A DNA stretch of 64,000 nucleotides from Phoronis australis (taxonomy: Eukaryota; Animalia; Phoronida). Of the stretch, positions 1 to 12,800 are shown in pieces. The translations under genes were made by a program, and so were the position numbers. The stretch is taken from NCBI GenBank assembly GCA_002633005.1, contig NMRA01000385.1, positions 127,839 to 191,838 on the forward strand. Direction: 5' to 3'. Each line of letters begins with the position of its first letter. Within the stretch, counting starts at the first letter, position 1. Below the pieces are notes generated by a model. It made no database searches and was not told the origin of the DNA. It was given only the letters and a program-made list of their open reading frames with translations.

Positions 1-558
1 CAAAAAATTAATATGTAGTTTCGCCTACAATTGTAAAGAATTCCTTTTCATATTGGTAAATGGGTTGCTGTCAGTAACTTCCCATAATAATTCCAGTAAT
101 ACGCATGCGCAGAGTCCGTTATTGTCACGCCGTGACAATAATCTTTCTAGTTTTTTCTCTATTCTTGTGTCATGCTTTAGTTTTAGCTTTGATATATAGT
201 GAGGTCAATCTCTATGTTAAAATCTCAATATTATTGAAAATACACAGTGTACTTTTCATGCAACATCCTTAAGAACTCGGTCCTTATTTATTTTCATTAA
301 AATAAGTCACCGGTTTTCATATGTACATTGTATTATTGGAAAATGTAATAATAATAAGAGGAGCTCATAATAAAGACAAGTTGTTACATTTACTAAATAA
401 ACAAAGTCTCCAAATGTCCCGAAGGATTAAGAAACATAATTGAGACCCTAATGGGACTGTACTTCATGCAACCGGGCACTGATACCCTTTAGTCAGTCTG
501 CTATCTCTGACTGCTATCCAGAAGTAAAGGGCACTAATAACTGTTGTTGTCATCTTAG

Positions 559-844
559 GTCAAGCCATGCAAAGGCAATTGCAGCAATTCAACTGAGGCT
601 CAGGTGACCACCACCACAACAACGGAAGCGCCCACCGCAACAACAGAAGCGCCCACCACAACTACAACTACCATGGCACCAACGACAACTACAGTTGTCA
701 CGACAACATCAGTTTTTAGGAACGGTTCAGGCAATGCCACTAATGTTGCTGTAACGACAACCTCAGCACCGGTCATCACCACCACCAAAGACCCACGAGA
801 AGTTATTATCAACTACAAGAGTGGATTTGGTCTTACTTTCTTTG
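559..844 (+). CDS. Gene 1 exon: Thr-rich mucin-like segment (VKPCKGNCSNSTEAQVTTTTTTEAPT...GFGLTFF)
   Basis: Acceptor cttag|GTC at 559; donor TTTG|gtaagg at 845; phase 0->1; ACN-rich codons. Confidence 0.8.
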
Positions 845-3800
845 GTAAGGAAATTGTTTCTAGTGAGGACCCCCATGGAAAGCAGTGAGAACTGATGGAG
901 TTATTACCCTCTTAAATATTAAAGAATAAATAAGTGTTAATCTATAATGGCAATTGCTTTCTGAGTGTAATGGTGTTCTTATATAGACCATTATTGAAAT
1001 GATCTCATTAATATTCATTCTTAATTTGAACGTGAGGCTAAGGATCGTAACCTACTGACTTCTTCCACTTTGTTTACAGGTGTTCTGCCATTTGTACCTG
1101 ATTTAAGTTTTCGTGTCATTGAATATTTCTTCAAGAATTTGGTCTTGAGCAGTTTTGGGAGAGCAGTTGAACAAAATATTCAAATATAGTACATGGCGCA
1201 ATAAATAAGTTCAGTATCATCATAGGCATCCGTAGTCTGCAAGTTTATTTGAGACCTTAAAACTGTTAATGGAAGCCAGTTTCCCACCAGAAGACAGTCA
1301 ATAAGTGTTCACCAGAATTGATAGATGTTGGGTATCATTGGCATCATAATGTTGGGCTATATTGGTAATAAATGCTAGTTTTCTGTAAAACAGCAGTCTC
1401 AAATTGAGGCAAGGTGTGAGGAGCATTAAGTGAAATTAATAAACGTTAGGCTTCTTCTGTACAAGCAGCTTTACTATAAAAGCAACAAAAAATGTTTATT
1501 GAATGGCATACTACTAAGTCCTTTGATTCAATAAAAAACAGACTATACAAGCACTAACTATAAAGCAGATATTAATCAAACAATTTTCATGACTTGATTT
1601 AGGGTCAGTGGCCGTAAGAGTCAAAGTGGGCTTCCTCAGGCTTATAAGGACTCCCATATGATTGTGAATGATAATTTTAGGAATATTTTTTTCTTTCGAT
1701 GTGAGAAGAAATAAAAGGCACGGTCAATGCGTATTCTGGTGTTGCTGTTGTCTCGCAGGACACAATATTTGTCACATTTAGTGCTGAAAACCTTGTTTGA
1801 TTACACATGCGTAGTGATCACATTTGTCTGCTGACCATCTTTTATCATCATTTTCCATTTGTCTGAAATATTACACAGAATAACTTTTGAGACTAGTCTG
1901 TATGGTTTGGATTGTCCATTCACTGTGTTTTGCTCAGTTAGTCCAAATGCCGCAAGGTGTAGTAACCATAAGGCTTTCACGTTTGAATGTATAGGAAAAA
2001 GTCCTGCAATGTCTGACATGAATATAATCGCAAGATGAGGATAATATGTTTGGTGCTTGGAACACCCTGCAGTCTGCCTGTGACCAGGATGCTTGGAGAT
2101 TAAAGACAATAAAACTTCACAGTGTACTTTTTCTTAGCAACATTTTTTATGTTGGCATAATTCAACAACTTGGAATTTATGTTCAAGGTTTCCAGCATGG
2201 TAATAAGACAAAAGTTTGGTTTGCGAAAATGTGGGCAAGAGATTTTGAGGAATCAAAGCACGAGTGGGCCAAGCTGATCAATGACCCCACTAAGTCAGAG
2301 GTCACATACATCATACATGTTTATCCTGACCCTGATGACCCCAAGGGTAAAGATTGGAGAATGACTTTGTATGAGAATGGTGAAGAATCCATCACTCTTA
2401 CAGGTGAGTGAAGGTTCTTTTTGTCAGTACATGCCTCTCGTGAGGAACCCAGTCCAGGTAAAAAAATGACCACCTCCCAAGGTAAGAGTTTGCTAGTGCG
2501 AACACAATAGCCCACTGAATTCAGTCCATCTGCTTGGGCTGCTAGTGGTCACCCTTACGACACCTCATTATGTCATAAAATTGGATGTGCCTGTTGGCAG
2601 TTGGCAGCCCAGCCAGCTGTTTCTCTATTGTGTTGGCAGGGAATGGGGTAATAGAAACGTGGGCTTCAGTTCACAAATTTAATAAAAGTTTTGGCTTGAA
2701 TTTTCACCTAGTTCCGTCGTGTATTTTGATGCTGTTCCATATGAAAAAGATGTCATAATCTGTAAGTTCTAGCAACTGAATTTCTCACCAGACTGTCCAT
2801 TTACATGTTTACAGTAATTAGGGTGACAAACTGACTGCTTGTCAGTGATCAGAGATTTATAATTTCATGATTGTTTGCCACTAATTTCTCTAGTAAAGTT
2901 GCGATTAAGATATGTGGAGTTATTACCAGAGCAGTTTCAGGCATTGCAAAAAAGTCCCAACTCCTGACATTAGCCTGTTAGACACTGTCATTGTAAGTGA
3001 CTTGTGTGCTAACTTGTGCATGCACACACTTTGCATAATATAGTTAATTAACAAGAGATTGTTAGCTATAGTACAATTACACAAAATTAATGAAACAAAA
3101 TACCATTTTCCCGTTGTTATGGCTAAATTCTGTTAACCTCACAAATCAATGGTAATAGCTTTTAGGACAGCAATTTCTAATTGTAGAACAGCTCACTTAT
3201 CTTAATAAATTTCTTTTAATCAGGGGACACTACTCTGACGATGAATTTGTAGCCTCCATGTCTCAGAATTACGGGTCATTTTGTCTGAATACTGTCAGCT
3301 TGAGCTGTTAAAATCAAAGTTGGCACATGGCACTATAGTCAAAGTGTTTCACTTTATACTTATGCATGCAGCCTGGTATTGACAGTTTCTTCTCTTCCAG
3401 GTGTTCGGCCTCCCAAGAAAGCTCACCCTGTCGTCCATACTTGGATGAAAGACAAGTACGTGCCTCGGAGAATTGACCCCTTCACCATCTATGAAACGTC
3501 AACTGTTGTGAGTGGAATGTCCGTACCACTTCCACCCACTCGGCCGTGCCATTATGGAAAGCCTTTCTATGATTTTGAAAGTCACATCGGCAAAGTTTAT
3601 TTGGGCGTCAGTGACAACAACGAGAGGAATGCCACAACTAATATTGTTAACTTTACTCTCATTAATGAGACGTGTATCGGCTGTTATAGCGAATGTGACT
3701 TTAACTGTAACCCCAACTGTACAGATGCAGACAAGAACGACTTCACTCCTATCACGCTGAGGTTGACTGGTTTGAATCTCTCCGCAGGAGCAAATAAGAC

Positions 3801-6800
3801 GATGTCAGATAATAACATAGTTTATCAGCCTGCTGTTTATTTTGTGATTGTGAAAGTTGAGAGTCGGTCTGGTCTAACAGTCAATACTACCACCAATGGC
3901 ATCACAGTGGATGTATCGCCCCCTGTGATAAAGAAAATGTCATGCTTAGATCCTGGGTTTTCAATGGATCAGCCAACTGCATTTTCTAGTAAGTTCATTC
4001 TGTTGAAGGCATTTTTACTCCTTTGCTGGCCACCTAAGACATGGTTTCTAATCAAAGTTAGTTTACCTCACAGAATATGTCACAAAATTTCCCATACTGA
4101 GGTAAATACTATTCAATTCGGCACTTAAAATGGCTGGCATGTGGAATTTTTGTCAAATTTCCCAATGGAAGGAATGCCGAGAAAAAGCTGAGGGCTGTTC
4201 CAGTAAAATCTGTATGGGAGGGGGGAAGGCACTTTTTTTCGTACCCACCACCCATTTTTTTCATTTATTTCTTCAGCCCACCACCTGTAATTTTTTTAAG
4301 TTTAAGTGCAACCACCCGTAATTTTGCTTATGGTTGACTGTGCAAGTGCTTGAGATTATCTGTTCCTCGATCACCACTGACATCATTCATTACTAAGAAA
4401 ACATATGTTTCCTATCTACGGTTATTAGTCATCGAGAAATTCGAACGCCTGTGGTTGACTGGTGTTATGGGCATGCTGATGGGGAGATCGGAGGGAGTGA
4501 AAAAGTCGGAGCTTTTTGCAAGTTGTGTGTTTATTTATCTGTGCAGATTGTTTATAAAACTTACTGATTAGAAATTACCCACCATCAAACATTTATGGCA
4601 CAATGAAACAACAGCGATCAGTAATTTTTTATTTTTTTGAAGTACGACCACCAGCCATTTTGAATTGAAATCAAACACAACCACCCATAATTTTTTATTT
4701 CATTTGCCTTCCCCCCTCGCACACAGATTTTACTGTAACAGCCTTGAATGGGTTTAAGTAATTCATTTGTGATTTGTAATGAACAGACACAGTAAAACTA
4801 CACCTTGGTGAAATTTTGCTCACTTTATTAACAGATTCAGTCTTTGAAAATGATAAAAATGCTATTTGGAAATTAAGTGAGATTACCGTATGATTATTTG
4901 GTATTATGTAACCATTTTCCCTATCACTAATGCAACTATTAATTGTGTTGGCCTGGATTTTGACTGTGTTCGAGTACTCCACTACCTGTAGAATGGAAAC
5001 CAGATATAGTTGAAAAGAAACGGTTACTTTGTTGAGGCTAATTTTTTACTTTGACCATAAATGAAAACTGCTGTACGAGTATTCTTAGTGTAGCCTCAAA
5101 TAACAATCAAATGAGTGCAAAATCACGCAAATTTATTCTAAATTAAATTCTATTTTTAAGGCACTGCAAATACCATGGGTGCAATGTGGGACGTGGTTGA
5201 GATGGAAAGCTTAATGGCTGATCAGGAACTCGGACTGTTCAAGTCAGCAAGTCTTAAGGAGGCCATTGTCAACTACACCAGTGTTGGTCTGAGCGACAAA
5301 GGTGTTCTCAAGTTTGACAATGTCTCCGATGGTGACTACTATGTGGCACTACGAGCAACCAATGTGGCTGGGCTGAGTAGTGTTAGATCATGTGTTTTAA
5401 CAGTGAGTAAAATATTTCTATGGCTGAGTAGTGTGAGATCGTGTGCTTTAACAGTGAGTAAAATATTTCTATAGCTGAGTAGTATGAGATCATGTGTTTT
5501 AACAGTGAGTAAAATATTTCTATGGCTGAGTAGTGTTAGATCGTGTGTTTTAACAGTGAGTAAAATATTTCTATGGCTGAGTAGTGTGAGATTGTGTGTT
5601 TTAACAGTGAGTAAAATATTTCTATGGCTGAGTAGTGTTAGATCATGTGTTTTAACAGTGAGTAAAATATTTCTATGGCTGAGTAGTGTGAGATTGTGTG
5701 TTTTAACAGTGAGTAAAATATTTCTATGAAAGAGTACTTCATGGAAAGTGCTTATTAAAGACGGTGCATCCTTGGACTCGAAATTTTGAAACTTGAATAT
5801 GTACGTCTAAAAAAAATTCTGTTTTAAGACTTGTTAAGTCACTTCATGAAATAGATCCCTGTTATTTCGTACTCGGTAAATTTGTTATTTGATTTTGTAA
5901 TAAATTTCAAGTCAACTATCAGAAATTTTGTCTAGAGCTCCACACAACTATTTCTGGAAAATAATGAAATCTCACTGAGTAGTGAAACTGTCTACAGTCT
6001 ATCAGAATACACACATAGCCTAAGTGCTGGTTACTGACTAATCTCAGTATGTAATTTATTTCTAGACTGTGATGTGTCATACTTAGTTTGTGAAGTCGGA
6101 GTGTGAGACCATGCAATCAAAAAATTTCTGTCTTAAGTTTTAAGTCATTATCATGAAACAGACCCCAGGTCTCAACTGCAAATAGTAATGCAGGTGATAA
6201 CAGCTCACTATAACCTGCAGAAATATAAGAAAACAACAGGTTGAGCAACAAAGGCCTGCAGTTCCAAGTGCTGGCTGAAATATGAAACACAAGAATACCG
6301 TGTTAGCCTGTGTTTTGCATTCGAAAGCATTAGAAAAGATGCTTTGGCGATAAACCAATTTTTGTTGAGAAATTTTGTAGATAACAAAAACATTGAAATA
6401 CTTGCAAAATTCCTCAAGTAGGTTAGTTGTGTTGCTGTGTATGAGCAGTGTATGAGCAGTGAAATTTGGAGGGACTAGGTAACAGCCTTTTTCCATCATA
6501 TTTTGCAAAATTCTGACACCATTGTCTTGATTATCACTAAAGGTCAAGTAACAGTCCATTACGTGACATGTAAAATGCCTAGAAAAGGATGGACTGTATT
6601 TTTTGATCCCCCATGTAGCTCACAGCTTTCGCCTGAGTGTGGCGTATCCCAGGAAGATGGCGGTCAGTGTAGAGATAGGTCATCACCCTGGTACCCCTAG
6701 TCAGGAACTTCCTTCACTGGTAACTGAGTTTATTCATATTTTCAGTTGAATACAATAGCGCCTAATGTGACAGAAGTGGCTGTAGACATGCCAGGAACAA

Positions 6801-9800
6801 AGAAAGACCCTAACCTTGGAGAAAAGTTTTTAGTGCAAGAAAGACAAGACCTAGTACAGATGGGTTGGGGCGATATGCCTAAATCTGTAAAGTGGGTTGG
6901 TGAGTAATGTAGGAACAAGGTCACTATGCCTTTACCTGACACCTATAGTGTTCTTGTTACTGGCATGGCCATTGCTGCCACTGAAATTTTGGGTCGGAGT
7001 CGAGTCTGAATTCAGAGTTTAGACCCAGTGGTGATATGCTGAATTGTTCCATACACTAAATACGAGGTCAAAGTTTCTTATGCGCCCACATATTTATATG
7101 TGGATGCATTATGCCGTCATTTCCATCCGGGCGGGGTCCGTCCAGCGTCCGCTACTCTAACTCGAAAACCATTTGACGTATGTTCATGAAAATTGCACAT
7201 GTGTTCCTTTTCGGGCGGATCCGACTACCAAATTGAATGTGCCCCCTAGTGGCAATTTTAGGTCTTCAGCGTATTTTCATAATATTTGGCATGTAGGCAT
7301 CTGTTAGTGAGTTGAAGCTATTCTCCCGTTTTCGGATAGATTCGATTTAATTTGCACCACCTAGTGGCCATTTTTACTGTTTTCGAGACTTTCGGACTGA
7401 TCTGACTACTAATGTGTCCCCTGGTGGCAAAGTCTTAATCTTCAAGCGTCCTCAACGGATTTTCATAAAATTTTGAATACAGGCATCTATTGGTGAGATG
7501 ACGCTATCCTCCCGGTTTTGGATGGAATCGAGGTATTTTGCGCCACTTAGTGGCCATTTTTGCTGTTTTCGAGTCTGTTTTTTGATGTCCACCCTTCTAT
7601 CAACCAAATCATTCTAAGGATGGTTTTGAAAATTGGTGTTTATGTTCTCTGTATGCAGAGTATGGTTGATGATGATGACTTTGACTGCTGTGGCGTCTCC
7701 TATTGTTTTGTTTTGCGGCCATAACTGTATCTCCTAAACTCACTGCTGTATCTTTATGAAATTTAGTAAGTGTATTTATATGAAGCTAACCACAGACAAT
7801 GATAACTTTCAGGTGGATCCAATGAACACTGTGCCCCCTAATGGCAATTTCATGTTATTCTGTTTTCCTAGTTTGTTTCTCTGAAGTTCCGTGACAGATT
7901 TCTATGATATTTGGTGAATAGCTTTCTATTAAAGCTATGTCATGTTCTCATTTTTGGATGGATTCTACATTTTTGCGCCATCTAGTGGCCATTTTTATGC
8001 CACAAATAAACAACCCTAAAAGCACACTGTTTGTGATGCATTTGTGGGCGCATTTCAATGCTCCGCGTTGCTCTTGTTTTATTTTAGTTTCTTTCCATTC
8101 GGCTTTATGTTAAATGATAATGCCTCATGCATTCTTTGTCTATAAGTTAACTTTCAAACTTGGTTTCAGAACTGGAAGTGGATATGTTAGACTCAGCCAA
8201 TCGAGAGTTCTTGCCCAAAGCAAAGATTGGAACACAAAGTAGTCACAATGCAACACTCAAAGACGGCAAAATTTGCTCTGATGGTATGAACTTTAAGTTT
8301 AAAATATTACACAAGTTAGTGTAATGAGTTTCATAAAAAATGTCAGATTGCTACATGCTTCACTGGGTAAGAAATGTTTAATATGGTGCAAGAAGAGTTA
8401 GGGGCTTGATTCCTGCCTGTCAGACTTAAACTCCAGTTACAAATAATCATTTCCACAAAAGACACCTCGCTGTGATCACAACCAAATTTAGAAGCTTGGT
8501 AATAACCCTTACCTATTCAAAATTCACCGTCACTCTTTCATGGTACTACATTCAGGTAAGTGCCCTGTTGTTCAGTTAAGCACACAAGTTAGAACTCCTC
8601 ATTGTGTTGTAAACAGTCACTTATCACTGATATTAGTTTGTCTCCCTTGTCTAATTCCCAATCCAAATAAGTTGGTCATGAAACTCCAGACGGTATGGTA
8701 TGCTATTGTAACCTGTTGAAATCCCAGCTGGTGAAATACATTCAAATTAAGTGGCAGTTGGGAAATGATGTAGTACCTAATGTAAAAACACTCTTGATTG
8801 CATAATCCTTGAAGGTTATGGTGTTTACCGCAATTTCTAAAATGTATTGGTCTGTTTACACCAACCTCGAGTCTAGCCATTTACATAGGCACAACATGTC
8901 AGTCAGTCTTACTTCTTCAACCATCTGCAGCTGTTGCTGTCGCAGCATTCTTAGAAAGATGAACTCGGGTATCTGGTATAGTTGGCTGGTGTTGTGTATG
9001 TAACTTTTTTTCTTGGTGCACAGCAGGGTTTGAACCTGGGGACCAGGTTTCCACACATTGTCTCACTGGATATTTTTTCAAATATTGAGATGGTTTTTGT
9101 CTGATTCCATCTGAGGTTTTGCCGTAACTTTGGAGAAGCTGTAGCTTATGAAAAAGAAAATGAGAATCTCATTGGATATCAACTAAAAGAACTATTAGAG
9201 AATTTGAAGGTGTGTTCTTTACTCATTGGCTGGTGGGAAAGTAGTGGGAATTTGGTGAGAATTTCAGACTTGTTTATTTGGTGGAAATAACTAACTTAGA
9301 TTTCTGCTTATGGTCTTCCAGGATTAGAATCCTTAAACTTCATCACAAGGGATACGAAGTTGAGTTTCGTCAAAATCTGTTTGCTGTTTTGAAACTTACA
9401 CTGTGTAATATTTGCCAGGCTTTGCTTGTGATCAGAAGCTATCAGATTTGAAGAAGAAGACCGTTGATGACGCAGACAGTGTAGCGAGCAATAAGTATGG
9501 TGACAACAAGATGAAGCTAGAGCCAGGAGCCTGCATGAAGGTGAAACTTGAAGTAGAAGGAGTGAACCACATGAGGTCTGATTTGAGCCTAGCAAAGATC
9601 TGCGTGAAAAGTAAGGCAACTCTTCTGAATGTCACTTTTCTCAGTGCATTAGACCATAATGAATGTTGCTCCTATCAGAATTTTCTGCAGACAAGCCCAT
9701 CGGTAATAGTACTTGCAGGGGTCCTACATTCTGAATAACAGCCATCAGACTGGTTCACAAAATCCCAGGCTACTGGTGGCCCATGTTTTAATATGCCCAC

Positions 9801-12800
9801 TATATAGAAAAATTTCCACAGGATATGCACAGTACATGCCTATAGGGAAAATTCAAAATTTGGTTGAATTCTGGGAGTTTCCTCTGAGTGTGGTAGGAAA
9901 CGGACACCAAATTCGGGTTTTCTGCAATAAACTCCTAAAATGCTGTGTATTGATATTAGTCACCTGCTACAAGATGGCACCACTGAAGCATACATTTGTC
10001 ACTTCTAATTATAAACCCGAGTTTATATTTAGATTTAACTTTTGGAACTGATGTTTTTTGGCTATATGCCCTGGGCTTGTCTGCAAAAAATCACTGGCCA
10101 TGTAAAGTTAATGATATATCATTGAAAAATGTTTAGTAAGTAATCAAAAATGATCACACATGAGACAAAACTACTTGACTGTTATTCTTATCATGATGGT
10201 TGAGTGCCAGCAGAATTGATCTTCATAACTACCAGAGTAAAAAAATTTGGAGTATTTGCCACAAAGCTCAAACAGAAATTTTGAAAACTTGTCACTATTT
10301 CTATAATAGTTAAAATCGTATAGAAAGTCCTGAACAGGATCTTGTCAAGCGTAAACAAACCTTGTAATAGTTCTACATGGTTTGCATCAATTACTATTTT
10401 AACGGACTGCTGTAGCAGCATTGGACGATTGTCAATTAAGATTATAGCAAATATGACTTGCCTTGACTAGTTATTACCCATCTTGTTCAGGTGGAATAAG
10501 GCAGAGAAAAGTCATGGTGACTGGGAAATGGTGATCATCATTTTTATATTTTGTTAATATGTTTATTCACTATCTATGACTTGTAATTTTATTAGTCAAA
10601 CATAAAAATAAATAGTCATCTCTGGTAATGAGCTTGTGATGCATGTATCATTTATATATTATTTGGGACATATGTCATTCATAAACAATATTTCTCTTTT
10701 GTCCTGTATTGAACGTTTTCTTTTTTCTCATTGTCAGTTTTCAGTGGTACCCTAGAATAATGTGCCTAAAGTTGACCCATTTCTGAAATTATGTGGATTT
10801 AGATGTAATTAATTTAAGTTTATTATTTTTCTTCTGACTGAGAACTCACCTTGTTTTCAAGATGGTTGGCTAAGTTTAAAGCGGCTGTGAACCTGACTTT
10901 CTGTCAAAAAGAGTAACTACTTCGATTTTGACCTTGGATATAATTCATCTGAATTTGTTCCTTTCTTGTTGTAGATAAAGAGTGAATTCATTTATTGGGA
11001 CTAACGGATAATTCATTCTTGCTCAAACACGCGTTTGATGCATAAAATGACCCACTGTGGCTACTTGTTGAGTCTGAGCTGAAACAGCAAATACATCCCT
11101 TTCATGCCCAAAAATCATTTCTTATTTGACGGAGGAACAACTCAGATTTTTATTTATGAACTAATTCAAGAAAGGTTATTTTTGAAGAGGAGCGGGTTCA
11201 TGGCATCTTTAAATTTGCCTACATTATGAATACATCTTAATGATAACGGTTGCCATTCTTTCAGGACCCAATGATACCATCATCTCTCTTGGTTCATCAA
11301 GAGTCAAGAGATCCGTTCAGTCTATCAACATTGCCAACGGAACAATATTAGCTCAAGGTAGATAATTAATTCCCTTGTTACCTGAGGAAGCTCATGTAAT
11401 AGAAACTGTATGGTAGTTTTCAAGACAAACTAGACGGATTTCCAAGAATACTAGTTGTGAGACCATGCCAAACTTGGACAATCGTCGTATCAGACTAATT
11501 TAATTTAACATTTAGTTGCAGTGAAACGGCATTTTTGTCGAGCTTTACTCAAGAGTTTAACATGATGTTATAGTCTGGTTGATTCTAATTGAATGGCATT
11601 TCCTTAGGTATTTCTCACTACTTGTTTCTGACTACTTTGTACATCGTTCTATCCAGGTACTGGTGGTGTCATCTATGGTGAATTATCTGAAGCTGACCTG
11701 CAGTCAAGTTACGGCTCAGCAGCCAGTGACGCTCCAAGCTACATAGCTGACATGGAGGGCAACAGCAAGAATAATGACAAGCATTCCCGCAGAATGATGA
11801 GACGGTATTTATACTTTCTTTCACAGTACATTCTGTGATTTCCAAACTGTTTCCCTACAACAACTTTCAAAAAAAAACCCATAGGTGTCACCTTTGTGAT
11901 CGGGATGCACATGGCAAATACATAAATGCTAATTATCTCTTTGAAAAAATGGATTTTTCCCCTGGGGCTCTTTCAGAAATCCCGTGTAATTGAAGTCTGA
12001 CATACACCACTTATTAGTTGAAACTGTAGATGCTTAACTATTAGTAAATCATTCAAGTTAAAACTCAAACTTGTGAAATAAAGTAAATAGGGTTCTGTTG
12101 GTTACAAAAACTTGCGTCTTCGTAAGATGTTTACTGTATTCACCCTAATAAGCGCCCAGGGCGCTTAGAAAAATTCATTTCAGGGGGGCGCTAATTGTAA
12201 CCGAAGGCGGTTGAAACCCGGTCTCCGAAATAGGTGAAATCGGAAGCTAAGATTCATCACATTTATGCATTTTTGCTGTTAAATACGATCATTTACAGAA
12301 AATTGTGTTGAAATCCCAGGGCAAAAACTCACCGACTGACTGTCTCACAATTGTCAATATGGCAAATTGAATGCTTGAATAAAAAATAGTTTCGACTCAA
12401 GCAAATTACCTGAAATCCTCCTTAAGTTTTCCATATAGCGACCCTAAGATTTTTAAGTTCCTGTGGAGTGGGGATTAATGGCAGGTTAAGTACAAATTTG
12501 TGCTACATTGTGCTATCTATGATCGGCAACAAAAGAAAAATCTCTGGGCGAGCACACATGTTGTTATCATGTGACATTTGTTTTGAAGTTCATCTGCGTG
12601 TGTGAGTAAGCAAGCCCATGTGTGTCACCAGAGTTCATTTGCCAGAACGCAATCTAACGAGCTAGATGCATAGACATCTTAAGGTCTATGGATAGATGTG
12701 CATTGTATCTAAAGAAATTAGCACAAGCACTAGGCCTAAAGCAGAACATGTTTCATTCAGCCCTTGCTGATTTCATGTGCTAAAAACGTTGGAAATTTGT

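Noticed and set aside
600-812. Val-rich minus-strand ORF resembling a membrane protein
   Set aside because: Antisense shadow of the Thr-rich exon.
1080-1190. Possible exon after tttacag
   Set aside because: No convincing donor before the in-frame stop, and 844->2188 already keeps phase.
3224-3275. Possible exon after ttaatcag
   Set aside because: Stop codon in the required phase 1 and no good donor.
5370-5726. CRISPR-like regular repeat
   Set aside because: Units are head-to-tail with no unique spacers, there are no cas genes, and the context is a eukaryotic intron.
5484-5729. 81-aa repetitive ORF
   Set aside because: Translation of the minisatellite only.
12134-12200. TACTGTATT...TAAGCGCCC start resembling a MITE terminus
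   Set aside because: No matching opposite TIR found, so at most a fragment.
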